Source of the DNA: an uncultured Bacillota bacterium
GTDB taxonomy: Bacteria; Sysuimicrobiota; Sysuimicrobiia; Sysuimicrobiales; Segetimicrobiaceae
DNA: 64,000 nt
Assembly (NCBI GenBank): GCA_963804645.1
Contig: CAWDRG010000009.1
Span: 928,001-992,000, forward strand
Direction of reading: 5' to 3'
In this document: positions 39,658 to 49,511 of the stretch, piece by piece
How positions within the stretch are numbered: the first letter of the stretch is position 1
How the letters are laid out: each line of letters begins with the position of its first letter
Notes under the pieces: model-generated
The model's input: the letters and a program-made list of their open reading frames with translations, nothing else
Told to the model about the DNA's origin: nothing
Databases searched by the model: none
Made by a program: the position numbers and the translations under genes

Positions 39658-40218
39658 ATGCGTACACTCACGGCGGCAGCGGCGGTAGTCATGATGGTGG
39701 GGGTGGCGTGTCTTGGCTTCGCGGGCATCGGCGACGCCCAAACGACTGGACTGCAGGTACAGGGGACCCTGGCGGGAGTCAACTGTCAGACCGGGCAAGT
39801 GGTCCTGAACACCTCGGGCGGCCAGACGACCCTGGATGCGACGGACCAGTCCGCGGTGGACCTGAACGGATCGCCGATCGCGCTGTGCTCGCTCGCGTCC
39901 TATACGGGGGCGGCTGTGACCGCGACCGTAGTCCCTAGCAACAACGAGTTCGTGCTGGGTCAGCTCAACGTGACCGCGCAGGCGGCCGCCGCTCCGGCCC
40001 CGGCGACCGTGTCCAGCGGCTCGTCGGTCCTCGGCATCGCGCTTGGCGCGCTCGCGATCGGCGCGCTCGCGTACATGATCGGCAGGAGCTCGGCGCCGGC
40101 TCCGCAGCCCGTGCCGGCGTACAACAACAACGGCTACAACAACAATAATAACTACCGTGGCCAGAGCCAGCGCTGCCCGAACAACAACAATAACAACAAC
40201 CAGTATTGCCACCGGTAG
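39658..40218 (+). CDS. hypothetical exported/membrane protein: signal peptide, beta domain, hydrophobic segment, Asn-rich tail
   Basis: RBS GAGAGG; hydrophobic N-terminus; VLGIALGALAIGALAYMIG; tail YNNNGYNNNNNY..CPNNNNNNNQYCHR. Confidence 0.75.
   Translation: MRTLTAAAAVVMMVGVACLGFAGIGDAQTTGLQVQGTLAGVNCQTGQVVLNTSGGQTTLDATDQSAVDLNGSPIALCSLASYTGAAVTATVVPSNNEFVLGQLNVTAQAAAAPAPATVSSGSSVLGIALGALAIGALAYMIGRSSAPAPQPVPAYNNNGYNNNNNYRGQSQRCPNNNNNNNQYCHR
40120..40200 (+). repeat. (AAC/AAT)n trinucleotide tracts encoding poly-Asn
   Basis: tacaacaacaacggctacaacaacaataataactac ... aacaacaacaataacaacaac. Confidence 0.85.
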
Positions 40219-40307
40219 CAGCGGAACCTTCGGCCGCAGCCGGATGGTGACGAGCGAGCCGCGGGGCAGCAACCCCGCGGCTCGCGGCGTTGCGGAGGCC
40301 GCACGCC

Positions 40308-40787
40308 TTACCCGGGGCGCGCGGCCTCCGCGTCGATGTCCACCGTGTCGGCATCCGGCCCGTCGTCCAGGCCCGCGAGCACGATGAGGCAGAGCACGAA
40401 CACCAGCACGTGCACGGCCGTGCACCACAGACAGATGGACCCGACCAGGAAGAGCTCAGCGTAGACGAGGTAGAACACGAACGCCAACCCCGCGAGCGCC
40501 CACGCCGCGCGGAGGGTGCTCGCCGGGCCGCTGCCGCGGGCGGCCGCGAGGCCGGCGAGCGCCGCGAACCACACGAGGCCGAGGATGGGCACCGGCACCG
40601 GCCCGACCGTCGACTGGGGGCTCGAGGTCACGCGCTCGCAGTTGATGACGCCCACGGTCGGACACGCCAGCACGACGCCCTGCGTGAAGTGCGCCGCGGT
40701 CAAATAGGCGGAGATCCCGATCCCGAGCACGCACAGCACGTACACGGCCGGCCGCTTCCACGCGCCGGTGCGCGGCACAGCGCTCAC
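40308..40787 (-). CDS. vitamin K epoxide reductase (VKOR) family protein
   Basis: Loop cysteines ACP..INCERVTSS, active-site CLWC, four hydrophobic segments. Confidence 0.9.
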   Translation of the reverse strand: MSAVPRTGAWKRPAVYVLCVLGIGISAYLTAAHFTQGVVLACPTVGVINCERVTSSPQSTVGPVPVPILGLVWFAALAGLAAARGSGPASTLRAAWALAGLAFVFYLVYAELFLVGSICLWCTAVHVLVFVLCLIVLAGLDDGPDADTVDIDAEAARPG

Positions 40788-40797
40788 GGGACGATCG

Positions 40798-41702
40798 TCA
40801 GTGCGCCGCCGTGAGGGTGGTGTGCTCGATCAGCTGAATCGCCGGGATCCCGCACACGGCGGCGGGTTTGTTCGAGGTCGCGATGCAGATCGCGCCGGTC
40901 AGGACGTCCGCCGTCCCGATGATCCCGCGCGCCTCGGGGGTCGTCGGGTCCGAGAGGCGGGCGGCGATCGCCGTCCAGGACTTGCCCGTGAGGAGGTCCG
41001 GCGGGAAGGTCGCTCCCGAGAACACGAACTGGTTCGCGATGTCAAGGAACGGGATCGATCCGGCCGCGTCGGCCGGCACGTACGGCGGCGCGTCATACGT
41101 TTGCAGCAGCGCGACCTCGCTCGCGTCGGGCGTCTCGAGGGGCGCGTACTGGCCGTTCACCTTGGTGTTGGTCTGCATCTCCACCGCCGTGAAGTCGACG
41201 TACTGGCTGTGGTACGTCGCCCCGTGGAACGTAAACGTGGCCGTGCCCGGGAAGATGTCGTCCGTGGCGGAGTGGCTCAGGCCCAGATTCTCAAAGTGGC
41301 CGAAGCGGTTCAGCGCGATGACGACCCCCCAGCGCTCCGCCGCGCAGAACGGGCAGTACTCCGCGCCCATGTACACGATGCGCGGCAGCCCGGATTTCCC
41401 GACAAGCGCGGGGCCTTTGATGTGCGCGAAGGTGCCCTGCGCCGAGCCCGCCCCGACCGCACCCACCTCCGAGATCGGGAGCGACTCCAGGGTGGTCATG
41501 AGCGCCGGGGGCACCGGGCCGGTCGCCATGGCCGCCGCGCTGCCCTGGTTGAGGAACTTGACCGCCACCATGATGGCGATGACCACGACCGCCCCGATGC
41601 CGACGAGCAGCGCGATGGGCGGCCCCTTCCGGGGGGCGCCGCCTTCGCGGCGCCTCGAGCATTCGTTCGGTCCTGCTTGGGTGTCTCGGCACGCTTCGTC
41701 AT
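40798..41702 (-). CDS. DUF929 thioredoxin-like membrane-anchored protein; -1 frameshift in the G6 run at 41631-41636
   Basis: YMGAEYCPFCAAERW, ALNRFG, SIPFLDIAN. N-terminus MTKRAE.. joins RKGPPIALLVG if one base is restored. Confidence 0.82.
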
Positions 41703-41857
41703 GCCCCCATTATACGTGGTCGCGCGCGCAAGGTCATCGTCGCGGGCCGCCCGGGCCCGAGGAATGTTCCCGGCTCTCCTGGAAGGAGCACCGCGTTCCC
41801 CACGCGGCCGGCGCCGGGGTATGTCCGCCGCCGGGGCGCGGAGAGCGGGAGAGACCG

Positions 41858-42901
41858 ATGGCGATCACGCCGACGATCGAGCAGCGCAAGATGGGCGAAG
41901 CGATCGACCGCTTGGTCAGCGTCGAGATCACGGGCCGGGGCGTGATCGGCGAGCTCTACGCCGCGGCGCGCCTGACGCAGTCCGGTCCGCTCTGTCTGGA
42001 CGCCGCCGCGCGGCTGGCCGCCCGGGTGCACAAAGGGGACGTCGTGGTGCTGGCGACCGGCCTGCCGACGTACCCGTGGTTTTCCGGGGAGCAGGACGGC
42101 CCCGTGGGAGCCGCGACCCTCGCCCGCGCCCTCGTCGTGGGGGTGGGGGCGCGCCCCGTGATCGTGACGGACCCGGTGAACGTCGAGATCTGCCGGGCGG
42201 CCCTCGGCGGGGCGGGGCTCTACGTGCGCGCGCTCGAGGACGTCGGGCGGCTGCCGACCACGGCCGCGGTGCTGCCGTTTCCCCTCGGGTGGGACGAGGC
42301 CAGGACGCGGGCGCGGGAGCTGCTCGACGCGCTGCGGCCGTCGGCCCTGATCGCGATCGAGCGTCCCGGCGCCAACGAGCACGGCCACTACCACGCCTCG
42401 GCCGGCGGCCGCATCACCGACCACTGCGGCAAGATCGACGCGCTGTTCGAGCTGGCGCGCGGGCGCGAATTGCTCACGATCGGGATCGGCGACAGCGGCA
42501 ACGAACTCGGCGCGGCCGCGGTCCGCGAGGGGGTGCTGCGCGCGGCGCCCGGCGCCGCACAGTGCCGCTGTCCGTGCGGGGGCTCCGTCGTGCCGGCGCT
42601 CGAGCTCGACCTGTTCATCGCCGCCGCGATTTCGAACTGGGGCGCGTACGGGATCGAGGCCGCGCTGGCGATCCTGCTCGGGCGCCCCGAGGTGCTGCAC
42701 GCGCGCGAGATCGACGCACGCACCTACGAGCTCTGCGCGGCGGCGGGCGCGAACAACGACGGGCCGGGGCTGCTGGACGTCGGCGCGGACGCGATCTCCG
42801 GGCGGCTGCACGGCCATGTGGTGGACCTCCTCGGCCGCATGGTGCAGAGCGGCATCGATTTCGGATGGATGCACCGCGAGCCGCGGTTTCCGTGGCTGTG
42901 A
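41858..42901 (+). CDS. D-glutamate cyclase-like protein (DUF4392)
   Basis: EQDGPVGA, IAIERPG, TIGIGDSGNELG, ISNWGAYG. RBS GGGAG. Confidence 0.82.
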   Translation: MAITPTIEQRKMGEAIDRLVSVEITGRGVIGELYAAARLTQSGPLCLDAAARLAARVHKGDVVVLATGLPTYPWFSGEQDGPVGAATLARALVVGVGARPVIVTDPVNVEICRAALGGAGLYVRALEDVGRLPTTAAVLPFPLGWDEARTRARELLDALRPSALIAIERPGANEHGHYHASAGGRITDHCGKIDALFELARGRELLTIGIGDSGNELGAAAVREGVLRAAPGAAQCRCPCGGSVVPALELDLFIAAAISNWGAYGIEAALAILLGRPEVLHAREIDARTYELCAAAGANNDGPGLLDVGADAISGRLHGHVVDLLGRMVQSGIDFGWMHREPRFPWL

Positions 42902-42976
42902 GGGGCCGCGTCTCGATCGCCGGTTCGACGCACGCGTACCGCCGCACGGGCGACTCAGGACGGGAGGGATGAACGG

Positions 42977-43384
42977 ATGCGTCTCAAGAAGGCCGTTGCG
43001 AAGATGCTCGAACGCGAGCGAATCTGCCGGGTGGCCACCGCCGACGGCGCCGGCCGGCCGCACGTCGTGCCCGTCTGCCACGTCGTCCACGGCGGCAAGA
43101 TCTACTTCGCCACCGAGCGCGGCAGCCGAAAGATCCGCGATCTTGAGGCCAATCCGCGCGCGGCCGTCGCCGTGGACGTGTACTCCGAGGAGTGGGCGCA
43201 CCTCCTCGGCGTGACGGTGCAGGGCACGGTCCGGCTGATCCGCGCCGGGTCGGAGTTTCGCGCGCTGCGGAAGCGGCTGTACGACAAGTACCCGCAGTAC
43301 CCCGAGGAAGCGGCCATCAGCGAGCGCGACGACGTGTTCGTTGAGGTCACGCCGACGCAGGTGAGCGAGTGGGGGCTGAGCTAG
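42977..43384 (+). CDS. pyridoxamine 5'-phosphate oxidase-like split-barrel protein (FMN/F420-binding)
   Basis: RVAT..GRPHVVPV, SRKIRDLEANP, GVTVQG, KYPQY. Confidence 0.88.
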   Translation: MRLKKAVAKMLERERICRVATADGAGRPHVVPVCHVVHGGKIYFATERGSRKIRDLEANPRAAVAVDVYSEEWAHLLGVTVQGTVRLIRAGSEFRALRKRLYDKYPQYPEEAAISERDDVFVEVTPTQVSEWGLS

Positions 43385-43493
43385 CGTCCGCACGGTCGGA
43401 GGGACGCGGCCGGCCGCGCAGAGGGATCTCCTGCGCGGCCCCGAACCGTGGGTGGAAGTCCGATCGACCCATGACGCGTTCGGGGTGGAGCCG

Positions 43494-43796
43494 GTGAAAC
43501 TCATACTCGCGGTCGTGCCCCAGAGAGAAGCGGGCGACGTGACGCACGGCCTGGTCGCCGCGCAGTTTCAGGTGACGCGGTTCGCCAGCACCGGCGGGTT
43601 TCTGCGCCGCGGCAACGTGACGCTGTTGATCGGGACCGACGACGCGAAGGTCGACGAGGCGCTCGCGATCATCAAGCGCCTCGCGGGATCCCGCGGGCCG
43701 ACCCACCAGGGGGAGGGCGGCACCGCGCTGGTGCTCAACGTCTCCCAGCTGGTCCGCGTCGACGGCGGCGCGGGTCAGGCGTCCCCGGTGAAGTAG
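43494..43796 (+). CDS. cyclic-di-AMP receptor, PII-like (DarA/PstA family)
   Basis: MKLILAVV, TRFASTGGFLRRGNVTLLIG, GGT.LVL. Confidence 0.85.
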   Translation: MKLILAVVPQREAGDVTHGLVAAQFQVTRFASTGGFLRRGNVTLLIGTDDAKVDEALAIIKRLAGSRGPTHQGEGGTALVLNVSQLVRVDGGAGQASPVK

Positions 43797-43851
43797 CCGG
43801 CGGCACCCGCTCCGCTCCGCCGCCGGCGCGCCTGAGAACGGAGGCCGTCGG

Positions 43852-45054
43852 ATGCGCATCACCGCCGTCAAGACGCTGGTCACGTGCCCCGGGCGCAACT
43901 ACGTCCTCGTCAAGATCGAGACCGACGACGGCGTCTACGGCTGGGGGGACGCGACCCTCAACGGCCGCGAGCTCGCGGTCGCCGCGCTCCTCGAGCAGCA
44001 CCTCGCCCCGCTTCTGATCGGGCGGGATCCGGACCGCATCGAGGACACCTTTCAATACCTGTCCCGCGGCTCGTACTGGCGCGGGGGTCCGATCCAGATG
44101 ACGGCGATCGCCGGCATCGACCTCGCCCTCTGGGATATCAAGGGCAAGCGCGCCAACCTTCCCGTGTACTCGCTGCTCGGCGGCCGGTGCCGCGACGGCG
44201 CGCTCGCGTACACGCACGCCAGCGGCAGGGACGCGTCCGCGGTCGAAGAGCGGGTCCGGGAGGCGATGGAGCGCGGCTTCAAGGTGGTCCGCGCGCAGGT
44301 CGGCGTGCAGGGCACGGGGCTGCGCGGCACCTACGGCGTGCCGGAGGGCAAACCGACCGAGGCGCTGCTGCCGCGCGAGGAGACGTGGGAGCCCTCGGTG
44401 TACCGGCGGGCGGTGCCCCGCCTGCTCGAGCACCTCCGGACCCATCTACCCGAGGAGCTCGAGCTGATCCACGACATTCACGAGCGCCTGACGCCGATCG
44501 AGGCGGCCGGCCTCGCCCGGGAGCTGGAGCCGTACCACCTGTTCTTCCTCGAAGACCCCCTGCGCCCAGAGCATCAGGAGTCGTTTCGGCTGATCCGGCA
44601 GCACACGACGACCCCGCTCGCGATGGGGGAGCTCTACTTTAACAAGTGGGAGGCGCTGCCGGTCATCACCGAAGAGCTCATCGACTACATCCGGTGCGAT
44701 CTCGGACACACCGGGGGCATCACCGAGGGGCGCAAGATCGCGGCGATCGCGGAGCCCTACAGCGTGCGGACCGCGTGGCACGGGCCGGGCGACATCGGGC
44801 CGATCGTCCACGCGGCCAACGTCCATCTCGACCTGGCCGTGCCCAACTTCGGGGTGCAGGAGATGGTGTTTTTCAGCGACCAGGTGCGGGAGGTCATTCC
44901 GGGCGGCCCGACGTACCGCGACGGCTACCTCACGGTGACCGACGCCCCGGGGCTCGGCACCGACGTCAATGAGGAGGCGGCGGCGAAGTATCCGTACCGC
45001 CGCGCCTACCTGCCCGTCACGCGCCGGCTCGACGGCTCCATGCACGACTGGTAG
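43852..45054 (+). CDS. manD: D-mannonate dehydratase-like enzyme (RspA/ManD, enolase superfamily)
   Basis: CPGRNYV, GDATLNGRELAV, YWRGGP, HDIHERLTPIEAA, PLAMGE, WHGPGD, DGSMHDW. Confidence 0.9.
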   Translation: MRITAVKTLVTCPGRNYVLVKIETDDGVYGWGDATLNGRELAVAALLEQHLAPLLIGRDPDRIEDTFQYLSRGSYWRGGPIQMTAIAGIDLALWDIKGKRANLPVYSLLGGRCRDGALAYTHASGRDASAVEERVREAMERGFKVVRAQVGVQGTGLRGTYGVPEGKPTEALLPREETWEPSVYRRAVPRLLEHLRTHLPEELELIHDIHERLTPIEAAGLARELEPYHLFFLEDPLRPEHQESFRLIRQHTTTPLAMGELYFNKWEALPVITEELIDYIRCDLGHTGGITEGRKIAAIAEPYSVRTAWHGPGDIGPIVHAANVHLDLAVPNFGVQEMVFFSDQVREVIPGGPTYRDGYLTVTDAPGLGTDVNEEAAAKYPYRRAYLPVTRRLDGSMHDW

Positions 45055-45074
45055 GGCCGAGGCCCCGGCGGCCG

Positions 45075-46208
45075 CTAGGCGCGGGCCGGTTCGGGCTTGC
45101 GATCGACCGGAATCGCCTGCCCGGTCTCCTCGTTGAACAGGTGCACCGCGTCGTGGTCGAACGCCACCGCCACCCGCAGGCCGAGCGGAGCGCCGGCACC
45201 CGTGCGGTCGAGGACGGTGACCGCGGCCCCGCCGTTCAGCCGGATGAACAGATACGTGTCCTCGCCCATGATGTCGGTGTCCTCCACGACCCCCTCGAGC
45301 CAGGGCCCCGTCCCGTCGCCGGATCCGGGGGCCCACCGCACGTGCTGCGGGCGCACGCCGAGCGTCGCGGTGCCTCCCTCGACGGCCGCGGCCCGCACGC
45401 GGGGGCGCGCCGCCGCCTGACCGTCGGGCAGCACGCACTCCGTCCCGGCCGCCGCCTCCCGCACCGTGACCGGCATCAGGTTCATCGCCATGGTGCCGAC
45501 GAAGCCCGCGACAAAGACGTGCGCCGGCTGCCGGTAGATCTCCGATGGGGTGCCGACCTGGACGACGACGCCCCGGTTCATCACCACGATCCGGTCGGAG
45601 AGCGCCATCGCCTCGGCCTGATCGTGCGTCACGTAGATCGTCGTGACGGGGAATTGGCGGTGGAGCCGCTTGATCTCCCCGCGCATCTGCATCCGCAGCT
45701 TGGCGTCGAGGTTCGAGAGGGGCTCGTCCATGAGAAACGTCTGCGGGCGCCGGATGAGTGCGCGCCCCAGCGCCACGCGCTGCTGCTGCCCGCCCGAGAG
45801 CTGGCGGGGCAGCCGGTCGATCATGCCCGTGAGGCCGAGCACCTCGGCCATCTCGTTGACGCGCCGGCCGCGCTCCTCCCGCGGCACGCCGCGCATCCGG
45901 AGGGGGAACTCCATGTTCCCGCGGACCGTCTTGGACGGGTAGAGCGCATAGTTCTGAAACACCATGGCCATGTCGCGGTCCCGGGGGTCGAGGATCGTGA
46001 TGTCGCGGCCCCCCAGCCAGACCGACCCGGTCGTCGGGGGGATCAGCCCGGAGATGATGTTGAGCAGCGTGGTCTTCCCGCAGCCGCTCGGCCCCAGAAT
46101 CGTCACGAACTCGCCATCGGCGACGGCAAGATCCACCGGCTCGAGCGCGACGACCTCGTGCCGGCCCGGAAACCGTTTGCTGACGCGCTCGAGGCGCAGG
46201 TCCGCCAT
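45075..46208 (-). CDS. carbohydrate ABC transporter ATP-binding protein (MalK-type)
   Basis: GPSGCGKT, VFQNYALYP, LSGGQQQR, DEPLSNLD, YVTHDQ. Confidence 0.95.
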   Translation of the reverse strand: MADLRLERVSKRFPGRHEVVALEPVDLAVADGEFVTILGPSGCGKTTLLNIISGLIPPTTGSVWLGGRDITILDPRDRDMAMVFQNYALYPSKTVRGNMEFPLRMRGVPREERGRRVNEMAEVLGLTGMIDRLPRQLSGGQQQRVALGRALIRRPQTFLMDEPLSNLDAKLRMQMRGEIKRLHRQFPVTTIYVTHDQAEAMALSDRIVVMNRGVVVQVGTPSEIYRQPAHVFVAGFVGTMAMNLMPVTVREAAAGTECVLPDGQAAARPRVRAAAVEGGTATLGVRPQHVRWAPGSGDGTGPWLEGVVEDTDIMGEDTYLFIRLNGGAAVTVLDRTGAGAPLGLRVAVAFDHDAVHLFNEETGQAIPVDRKPEPARA

Positions 46209-46221
46209 GCGTGCCTCCCGT

Positions 46222-47079
46222 TCAGTACTTGAGGGCGCCCTTGGTCAGCGCCGAGATGAAGTAGCGCTGGAGCACGAGAAAGACGATCACGACGGGGATG
46301 CTCATGCCGATCGCGGTCGCCGTCAGCCCGCCCCAGTCGATGCTGCCTTCGTTGAAGTACGCGTACAGCCCGAGCGGCAGCGTCCGCATGTCGGCGGACG
46401 AGATCATCGCCAGGGCGTACAAGTACTCGTCCCACGCCAAAATGAACGTGTAGATCGCCGTCGCGACGAGGCCGGGCACCGCCGCCGGGAGCGCCACCTC
46501 GGCGAACGCGCGCCACACGCTCGCGCCGTCCAGCCTGGCGGCGACCTCCATCTCGGGCGGGATGCCGTCGAAAAACCCCCGCAGCAGCCAGATGTTCAGC
46601 GGGAGGCTGAACGTCAGATAGCCGAGGATGAGCGAGCCGTAGGTGTCCAGGAGGTGCACGGCGTTCATCAAAATAAACAGCGGCACGAGGAAGTTGACGC
46701 CCGGGAAGATGCTCCCCAGCAGGATCGTGTACATCAGCGGATTCCTGCCGGCGAACGAGAACCGCGAGAACGCGTAGGCCGCCGGCACGGCCACGAGCAG
46801 GGCGAGCGCGACCGTCGAGAACGACACGATCAGGCTGTTGAGGAAGTACCGGGGAAAGAAGACGCCCTGCTCCCTGGGGTGCACGAGCCCCGCGTAGTTG
46901 CTGAGGGTCACCGGGTGGGGCAGGAGGTGGGGCGTGCTGGTGAAGAGCGCGATGGGCGGCTCGAGAGACGCGGTCAGCATCCACACGAACGGCACGAGCG
47001 AGAACGCGACGAGCAGCAGGAGCACCAGCGCGTGCGGCGCGCCCCGCACGGCCCGCGCGAGCCGCTGGCCCGCGGTCAC
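46222..47079 (-). CDS. carbohydrate ABC transporter permease (MalG-type)
   Basis: YFLNS, AAYAFSRF, IPPEMEVAARLDGAS, WDEY, GALK. GTGA overlap with the upstream gene. Confidence 0.93.
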   Translation of the reverse strand: MTAGQRLARAVRGAPHALVLLLLVAFSLVPFVWMLTASLEPPIALFTSTPHLLPHPVTLSNYAGLVHPREQGVFFPRYFLNSLIVSFSTVALALLVAVPAAYAFSRFSFAGRNPLMYTILLGSIFPGVNFLVPLFILMNAVHLLDTYGSLILGYLTFSLPLNIWLLRGFFDGIPPEMEVAARLDGASVWRAFAEVALPAAVPGLVATAIYTFILAWDEYLYALAMISSADMRTLPLGLYAYFNEGSIDWGGLTATAIGMSIPVVIVFLVLQRYFISALTKGALKY

Positions 47080-48002
47080 CGCGAGACTCCGGCGCGCGTC
47101 AGCGTGCGCACGTACACGACCGCGAACCCCATCAAGAGGATCGAGGTGACGCACGAGGTCGCGGCGGCGAGCCCGAATTTGTGGTCGGTAAACGCCTGGT
47201 TGTAGATGTAGTTGGTGATGACTTCCGAGTGGTGCAGCGGGCTGCCGCCGGTCATGACCCACGGAATCGTGAAGCTGTTGAAGTTCTGCAGCGTGAGCAG
47301 CATCATAGTCACGAGCAAGACCGGCCGGATCGCCGGGATCGTGACCTCCCAGAACGTCCGCCATGCGGTCGCGCGGTCGAGCCGGGCCGCCATCAGCAGC
47401 TGTTCCGGCACGTTCTGCAGCCCCGCGAGCAGCATCAGCATCGCGAACGGGAAGGTCTTCCAAACGTTCGTCAGGATCAGCGACGGCAGCGCGAGGTTGA
47501 TGCTGGTCAAGAACAGGATGGGATCCTTGATCAGGTGCCAGGCGATGAGCTCGCCGTCGATCAGGCCGTAGTCGCTCTGGTACAGCCAGAGCCACGCGTA
47601 GCTCGCCACGACGTAGCCCACGACGTAGGGCATCAACAGCGCCGCCCGCACCGGCCCGCGCAGCACCTTGAGGTTGTTGACGGCGACCGCGGCGGCCAGG
47701 CCGAGCAGCATCCCGGCCGCGGTGCTGCCCACCGTCCAGACGAGCGTGTTGCGGACATCCAGGTAGAAGACTGGGTCGGTGAAGACGACCTGGTAGTTGC
47801 CGAGCCCGGTGAACGTCTGGCGGAACGAGTCGCTCGTGTTCCGAAAGAAGCTGAGGTACACCGAGTACAGGAACGGGTAGGCCATGACCACGGCCACCAG
47901 CGCCACGGCCGGCAGCACGAACAGATACGGGGTGACGCGGGACAAGAGCGGCGGACGCCGTGGGGTGGCCCCCTCGTACGCCGCCGCTCTTACCGCGCCC
48001 AT
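47076..48002 (-). CDS. carbohydrate ABC transporter permease (MalF-type)
   Basis: FTGLGNY, WKTFPF, LAGLQNVP..AARLD. Confidence 0.93.
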   Translation of the reverse strand: MGAVRAAAYEGATPRRPPLLSRVTPYLFVLPAVALVAVVMAYPFLYSVYLSFFRNTSDSFRQTFTGLGNYQVVFTDPVFYLDVRNTLVWTVGSTAAGMLLGLAAAVAVNNLKVLRGPVRAALLMPYVVGYVVASYAWLWLYQSDYGLIDGELIAWHLIKDPILFLTSINLALPSLILTNVWKTFPFAMLMLLAGLQNVPEQLLMAARLDRATAWRTFWEVTIPAIRPVLLVTMMLLTLQNFNSFTIPWVMTGGSPLHHSEVITNYIYNQAFTDHKFGLAAATSCVTSILLMGFAVVYVRTLTRAGVSR

Positions 48003-48060
48003 GGTCCCTCGCTACCGCGCTGCCACACGCCGCCGTTCGATCGCGCGCGGCCGGCGATGC

Positions 48061-49401
48061 TCAGGATTTCATCGACTGCTTGACATCCGCGGCGGCCGCC
48101 GAGGCCGCCTCCTGCGGTGACGCCTGCTTCAGCAGGACCTTCTGCAGCATCGTCGGGATCGTCTCGTTCCAGATATGCGCGCCCGCGGAGACGAGCGGCA
48201 CGTTGACCCCGTATTTCACCATCTCGATCGTGACGTCGTTGAACAGCAGCAGCTTGTTGCGCTCGATCTGCGCCGGCGCGTTGTTGGCCGCCCGGTTCGC
48301 CGGGTTCGAGCCCAGGCCGGCGAGCCTGGCGTTCCAGTTGGGGGATTCGTAGGCGCGCAGGAACTCGTACGCCGCGTCCACGTTGGTGCTGTTCTTGTTG
48401 ATGTGGAAGTTCGAGCCGCCGAAGACGACCGCCCGCCGGGCGGGGCCCATCGGCAGCAGGCCCGCGGCGAGCTCGATCTTCGGGTTGGTCTGGTGCGCCA
48501 GCGCGGCGTCGGACGGGTGGCAGATCATCATCGCGGCCTTCTCCGCCAGGAACAGGTTGGCGACGTCGGGCTGCGCGCTGTCCAGGGCCGAGGACTGCAC
48601 GCTCTTGTCGACGTTGTACATCCGGTCGTAGAGCTGGAGCGCCGCCACGGTGCCCGGCGAATCGATCCGGACCTCCTTCCAGGTCGGCTTCGCGGTCAGC
48701 TCGTCGAAGATGCTGCCGCCGTAGGCCCACATCGCCGGGGCGAATCGGAACGGCGTGTTGCCGTTGTTCAGCTTGGCGACCATCCCGAAGCCGGCCTGTC
48801 CGGTCTTGTCCTTGATGCGCTTCGAGTACGAGGCGAGATCATCCCACGTCGCCGGGGGCTTGTCCGGATCGAGGCCCGCCGTCCGGAACATCCCCTTGTT
48901 CCAGACCAGCATCATCGCCTCGTTGTTGGACGGGATGCCGTACAGGGTGCCGGACGGGTCCGACGGATTCTGGTTGGTCTGCAGCGCCTGCGGCCAGAAG
49001 TTGGTCGCCGGGATGCCGAGCTGGTTCAGGTCGATCGGGCGCAGGACCCCGGCGTTGATGAACTCGCTGGACCACGCGATCGCGACCCGGACGATGTCCG
49101 GCGCGCCGCCGCCGCGGAATGAGATCTCGAGCTTCGGCAGGTAGTCGGTGTACCCGTACATGGTCATCCTGAACTTGATCTTCGGGTGCTGCTCGGGGAA
49201 CCAGTTGTAGAACGCCTGCTGCTGCGCGACCCCGTAGTTGTCGGGGGCGGCGGACCAGTCCCAGACCCCGAGGTCGCCGCTGATAGTCTTGTTCGGCGCG
49301 TACTCACCGGCCGCCGCGGCCCACCCGCGCTGCGGGATGGCGGACGCCCCAATGAGCGCGGCGCCACCGGCCTTGATAAACGATCTCCGGGTCAACCCCA
49401 T
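48061..49401 (-). CDS. carbohydrate ABC transporter substrate-binding protein (family 1), Tat signal
   Basis: MGLTRRSFI; APDI; YGIP; WNKGMF..GLDP.KPPATWDDL. RBS GGAGGG. Confidence 0.92.
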   Translation of the reverse strand: MGLTRRSFIKAGGAALIGASAIPQRGWAAAAGEYAPNKTISGDLGVWDWSAAPDNYGVAQQQAFYNWFPEQHPKIKFRMTMYGYTDYLPKLEISFRGGGAPDIVRVAIAWSSEFINAGVLRPIDLNQLGIPATNFWPQALQTNQNPSDPSGTLYGIPSNNEAMMLVWNKGMFRTAGLDPDKPPATWDDLASYSKRIKDKTGQAGFGMVAKLNNGNTPFRFAPAMWAYGGSIFDELTAKPTWKEVRIDSPGTVAALQLYDRMYNVDKSVQSSALDSAQPDVANLFLAEKAAMMICHPSDAALAHQTNPKIELAAGLLPMGPARRAVVFGGSNFHINKNSTNVDAAYEFLRAYESPNWNARLAGLGSNPANRAANNAPAQIERNKLLLFNDVTIEMVKYGVNVPLVSAGAHIWNETIPTMLQKVLLKQASPQEAASAAAADVKQSMKS

Positions 49402-49511
49402 GGTCGTCCCTCCTGTCGTGATGTCACTCGGCCTGTGCGGAGCCCCTCTTTGCGCGGACACATTCGAGTCACGCGTGCCGTCCCCTCCCTGATGCCGTGG
49501 CGTGTCGTCCG

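Noticed and set aside
40868..42901. 677-aa ORF suggesting an N-terminally extended glutamate cyclase (likewise apparent fusions at 5308, 34565 and 55657-57966)
   Set aside because: The extensions overlap other real genes; internal starts with an RBS or stop-start overlap explain the true genes.
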